Source: Escherichia phage MN04
Strand: one strand, 5' to 3'
Sequence record: MT129654.1
Length of the DNA stretch: 64,000 bases
Made by a program: the position numbers and the translations under genes. Positions 60,476 through 64,000 of this stretch are shown piece by piece (the first letter of the stretch is position 1; each line of letters begins with the position of its first letter). Below the pieces are notes generated by a model, which searched no databases, was not told the DNA's origin, and saw only the letters and a program-made list of their open reading frames with translations.

Positions 60476-61456
60476 ATGTTAACTATCAAAATCAACAAAG
60501 GTATCTATCGCGGTAATGAAATCTCTGGTACGTTCATGAGTTCAGGTAAAACCTGGTTCCCTAATAAAATTCATGAATCCGAAGCTCATCTCGGTGATGG
60601 CAAGGTATTTGTACAGATTGATGGTGTTGAACGTGGTGTATGGGTGTTCAAATGTGACGTTGAAATGGAAGGTGTTGAAGCTCCTGCAATGGTTACTGAA
60701 TCCGCTGAAGAAATGAAACATCGCATCAACAAACGTTTTAAAGTAATGAACATGATGACTAACGGAATCATTGATGGTAAAATTCGTTCCCTTATCATCT
60801 CTGGTGCCGCAGGTATCGGTAAAACGTATTCTTTGGATAAAGCATTACAAAATGCCCACGAAAATGAAACTATCGAATATAAATCAATCAACGGAAAGAT
60901 TAGTGGAATCGGTCTTTACGAGCAGCTTTGGAATAACCGCGGCCCTAATAGTGTTCTTCTTATTGATGATGTTGATGTATTCTCTGACATGGATATCCTG
61001 AACCTTCTTAAAGCTGCATTGGATACCGGTGAGAAACGTAAGGTGTGCTGGAGCACTTCAAGTTCTTATCTCGATGATAAAAATATCGATAAAGAATTCG
61101 AATACGAAGGCACCATCGTGTTCATCACCAACGTTGATATTGATCGTGAATTAGAGCGTGGAACTAAACTTGCTCCACACCTCCAAGCTTTAGTATCTCG
61201 TTCAGTTTACTTAGACCTCGGAGTTCACTCGAATGAAGAGATTATGGTTCGTGTTGAAGACGTTATCCTGTCCACCGATATGATGCAAAACCGAGGTCTG
61301 ACTGATGCTGAGACTTATCAAGCTCTAGCATGGATGAAGGCCAATGTATCTCGTCTTCGTAACGTATCATTACGTACAGCTCTTTATCTGGCGGACTTCA
61401 TTGCCACCGATAAAAATGACTGGAGCGAAATCGCCGAAGTTACACTTCTGAAATAA
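60476..61456 (+). CDS. P-loop ATPase, AAA+-like (hypothetical)
   Basis: ATG 60476 with GGAG RBS; Walker A 'GAAGIGKT', Walker B 'VLLIDDVD'. Confidence 0.6.
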   Translation: MLTIKINKGIYRGNEISGTFMSSGKTWFPNKIHESEAHLGDGKVFVQIDGVERGVWVFKCDVEMEGVEAPAMVTESAEEMKHRINKRFKVMNMMTNGIIDGKIRSLIISGAAGIGKTYSLDKALQNAHENETIEYKSINGKISGIGLYEQLWNNRGPNSVLLIDDVDVFSDMDILNLLKAALDTGEKRKVCWSTSSSYLDDKNIDKEFEYEGTIVFITNVDIDRELERGTKLAPHLQALVSRSVYLDLGVHSNEEIMVRVEDVILSTDMMQNRGLTDAETYQALAWMKANVSRLRNVSLRTALYLADFIATDKNDWSEIAEVTLLK

Positions 61457-61466
61457 AGGTGAAATT

Positions 61467-61808
61467 ATGTTCGAACAATTTATTTACAATCTTTTTAATG
61501 CAGGCCAAACTTTTTCCAAAGCCATGAAACAGTCCGTCGAGGACTATGATAAAGAAGTTATCGACGGATATACCAATAGAGTTTATAAAACGGATTGTGA
61601 AGAAGGAGACTACAGGAGACTGCTCTTGGCAGCGAAGACCCAAGCCTTAATAAATCTAGACCGTAAGCAGGTTAAGTTGGCAGGCGACTTCAGAGATGAA
61701 CTCTGTGCCATCAGGAACGAATACCTTATTCGTATTAAACACCAACGGAAAGAGAACACACAATCCGCCTGGTTTAGTGGGCAAGCCGGTGAAAAAAGTT
61801 TTTATTAG
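61467..61808 (+). CDS. Hypothetical protein
   Basis: 113 aa. Confidence 0.45.
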   Translation: MFEQFIYNLFNAGQTFSKAMKQSVEDYDKEVIDGYTNRVYKTDCEEGDYRRLLLAAKTQALINLDRKQVKLAGDFRDELCAIRNEYLIRIKHQRKENTQSAWFSGQAGEKSFY

Positions 61809-61810
61809 TT

Positions 61811-61851
61811 GTTTACATCTCCAGTAGAAATGATACTATAGACCTATCAAC
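61811..61851 (+). promoter_or_regulatory. Early promoter module with flanking inverted repeat
   Basis: GTTTACA; CTCCAGTAG ... TACTATAGACCTATCAA ... CTACTGGAG. Confidence 0.6.
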
Positions 61852-61865
61852 TACTGGAGGTTATC

Positions 61866-62390
61866 ATGAACGCTAAAGATATTTTTTCATTGATTAATTT
61901 TAACAATGGTAATTTCAAATCTGAAAAACAAAGCAAGTTCTTTAACGACGTTGCTTGTGGTAATGAGATTACCGTATCTGGAGGAGAGATTTACAAAAGC
62001 CGTTGGAACTGGATTGCTATCATCGATTCAGTTGGTATTGTAGAGCTCTATAAAAACACCAACAAAAAACGTACTCTTCACTGGAGTCGTGAAACCAACC
62101 AAGCTTATCAAGCTGAGCGTAATAAACGTTTAATGCCTACTGAATCTGACCTGGCAAACGTTAAATCAGATATCGCTTATTTTGATAACTTGATTGCCGA
62201 ACAACAAGCGGTTATTGATAAGTTTGACGAAATCAAAGCTTGTAAAGAGATTCCTGAATTCATGCGGGAATCAGTAAACGAACAGTACGCCCTCACTTCA
62301 GGTCGTATTGAGCAGTACAAATCACAACGAGCTGAACGCCAAGCTCTGCTTCAGAAATTTGAAGAGCGTTTAAAGACGGTTCTCGCATAA
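61866..62390 (+). CDS. Hypothetical protein
   Basis: 174 aa; helical C-terminal region. Confidence 0.5.
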   Translation: MNAKDIFSLINFNNGNFKSEKQSKFFNDVACGNEITVSGGEIYKSRWNWIAIIDSVGIVELYKNTNKKRTLHWSRETNQAYQAERNKRLMPTESDLANVKSDIAYFDNLIAEQQAVIDKFDEIKACKEIPEFMRESVNEQYALTSGRIEQYKSQRAERQALLQKFEERLKTVLA

Positions 62391-62392
62391 AC

Positions 62393-62430
62393 GCTTTATA
62401 CCAAGGATGGTATAATGGTTCTAGGTTCTT
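62393..62430 (+). promoter_or_regulatory. MotA-dependent middle promoter candidate
   Basis: GCTTTA box, 12-bp spacer, TATAAT 62411-16, conserved GGTTCTAGGTTCTT downstream. Confidence 0.5.
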
Positions 62431-62453
62431 AATTACTTACTGAGGAAATTATT

Positions 62454-63299
62454 ATGTCACAAGCAATTAATCAAATTCGTTCTGAAGTTAAAAAAGTTGT
62501 TAAATTTGGTCGTATTCCGAGTTCTAAAGAAGTGGTTGAAAAGGTCCTATATATGATGTGGGACAAGTTCAACGTTTGTACTGTTAAAGATGACTTCACT
62601 AAAATCTTTGACAAGACTAAAGGTTCGTTTACGTTAGAAGACCGAGTCATGAAAACTCTTCGTAAAACAGGTATGTTGTCTCGTGCTAATGCCAAAATTA
62701 TTCTTAAAAATTATAACAAAGGCTACGACCTCTATGGTCGTTTAATCCCGGCGATGACATTTGATGAAGTTGTTAAAGACCTTAATACTAATCAACGTCG
62801 TCTACTGGCCCTTGGTGCTCGCCTTGCAAAAGGTCAAGATAAACAAATGACCTTTAAAACCAATGGTTCAGGCGATTGGATTATCTTTAATATTGTTAAC
62901 CATCCAAGAAATGAAAACGAGTATACTATTTCCCATTACAGTGGGTGTCAATATGACAACTGGAAGTTCCATCTCCGATTAGCCCTGTCTGAATTAGAAC
63001 AGCACGGTGTTCTTAGTTTTGGTGATGCTGAAACTGGAATGGGTCAGCGTATTAAACTTTATAAAATTAAAGACCTGGCTGAAGAGCATTCAGAACAAGC
63101 TCCTAAAATGGAACCTGTACCAGTGCGCAGCAATGAGAAACATCAAGCCCAGATTGAGTATTTTAGCAATTTGCTTACTTGCTTGAATGTTACAATCCAA
63201 CAACAAGATGATGAGATTTTCCGACTCTCTGGTCTGAATGCCAAAGCTAAGGCTGAACGCCAGAAATATATCGATATCCTAAATCTTCTTAAGGATTAA
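62454..63299 (+). CDS. Hypothetical protein
   Basis: 281 aa; GAGGAAATTATT RBS. Confidence 0.5.
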   Translation: MSQAINQIRSEVKKVVKFGRIPSSKEVVEKVLYMMWDKFNVCTVKDDFTKIFDKTKGSFTLEDRVMKTLRKTGMLSRANAKIILKNYNKGYDLYGRLIPAMTFDEVVKDLNTNQRRLLALGARLAKGQDKQMTFKTNGSGDWIIFNIVNHPRNENEYTISHYSGCQYDNWKFHLRLALSELEQHGVLSFGDAETGMGQRIKLYKIKDLAEEHSEQAPKMEPVPVRSNEKHQAQIEYFSNLLTCLNVTIQQQDDEIFRLSGLNAKAKAERQKYIDILNLLKD

Positions 63300-63301
63300 T
63301 T

Positions 63302-63382
63302 ATGGAATGGCTCACTGTTCTTGGTTATGTAATCGTAGCCACGGGTGTTCTGTGGCTAATTTTCTCAAACATTATAGGTTAA
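63302..63382 (+). CDS. Hydrophobic micro-peptide (26 aa), tentative
   Basis: MEWLTVLGYVIVATGVLWLIFSNIIG; tightly packed between genes. Confidence 0.3.
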   Translation: MEWLTVLGYVIVATGVLWLIFSNIIG

Positions 63383-63383
63383 T

Positions 63384-63599
63384 ATGGAAATCTTAGGTTT
63401 TATTCTCCTTTACTTTGTGCTAGGATTTATGACGACCTTTATCATTCATAAATCGGGTGATTGGAATCCAATCGAAATTGAATCAAGCTATGATGCAGTA
63501 TTCATTACACTAGTATGGCCTATGTTTTGGATAGTGGGCATTATAATGTGTATCGCATGGCCTTTCGCTAAATTCTATGAAAAATTATTTGGACTTTAA
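63384..63599 (+). CDS. Small membrane protein (hypothetical)
   Basis: 71 aa; two TM helices. Confidence 0.4.
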   Translation: MEILGFILLYFVLGFMTTFIIHKSGDWNPIEIESSYDAVFITLVWPMFWIVGIIMCIAWPFAKFYEKLFGL

Positions 63600-63600
63600 T

Positions 63601-64000
63601 ATGAACATTAAAACACGTAAAGAATATTCTATATATGACCATGACACGACTCGTCGTATCGCTATTGACCGGCTGGCCGACTTTGGTTATATTTGTAATG
63701 GTAATTATACTTATGGTGTAGGCCATAAAGGAACTTATATCGGTTCTTTGAACGATTATTGCCGTTGCCCAGCCCACCTGTTTGGTGCAACATTGCGAGC
63801 TAATATCAAAGACCTCTTGGCTACTGCAGGACGTATTTCTACGGTTCCTGTTAATATCAAAAGTATTAATTTTACGGCTCGTAACCTGGTCATTAATATT
63901 CTGGCTGAGGGTATTCAAGTTCGTTTCCGTCCTACCTCAAAAGGTAATAAGGCCCTTCGTGAAGCATTCGAAACCTTATTCAGAGAAGCAATGACTCGTA
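63601..64000 (+). CDS. 5' part of a gene truncated by the window edge (hypothetical)
   Basis: ATG 63601; open frame to end of window. Confidence 0.4.
   Translation, partial: MNIKTRKEYSIYDHDTTRRIAIDRLADFGYICNGNYTYGVGHKGTYIGSLNDYCRCPAHLFGATLRANIKDLLATAGRISTVPVNIKSINFTARNLVINILAEGIQVRFRPTSKGNKALREAFETLFREAMTR

Overview
This window is a segment of a T4-like (Tevenvirinae-type) myovirus genome. Left part (1-33.5 kb): the late structural module, almost all on the minus strand, in T4 gene order: two tandem gp24 vertex paralogs, gp23, gp22, gp21, gp68, gp67, gp20, gp19, gp18, gp17, gp16, gp15, gp14, gp13, fibritin (wac), gp12, gp11, gp10, gp9, gp8, gp7, gp6, gp5.4, gp5.1-like, gp5, gp53. RNA ligase 2 (rnlB) lies at the left end on the plus strand. 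Right part (33.5-64 kb): plus-strand genes gp4, gp2, gp3, gp1, 57A, 57B (Acb1-like), then a long hyperplastic run of small early genes containing three tRNAs (Met-CAU, Asn-GUU, Arg-UCU), five internal-protein-like genes with the capsid-targeting N-terminus, nudE, lysozyme e, a RegB-like gene, thymidine kinase, and many unknown ORFs. Regulatory signals are dense: GTTTAC-type early promoters with a conserved TATAGACCTATCAA box, MotA-box middle promoters, TATAAATA late promoters and GC-stem terminators. The most unusual item is a tandem array of five small paralogous genes ending in a conserved W-x-S-S-S-x-x-C carboxy-terminus (43.6-44.9 kb). Other candidates are a macro-domain protein, two nucleotidyltransferase-fold proteins, a secreted lytic-transglycosylase-like protein, a collagen-like late gene on the opposite strand, and a duplicated terminator/late-promoter cassette. 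All calls come from reading the sequence and ORF track and from recalled knowledge of T4; no database search was run. Coordinates of promoters, terminators and tRNAs are approximate to about 2 nt.
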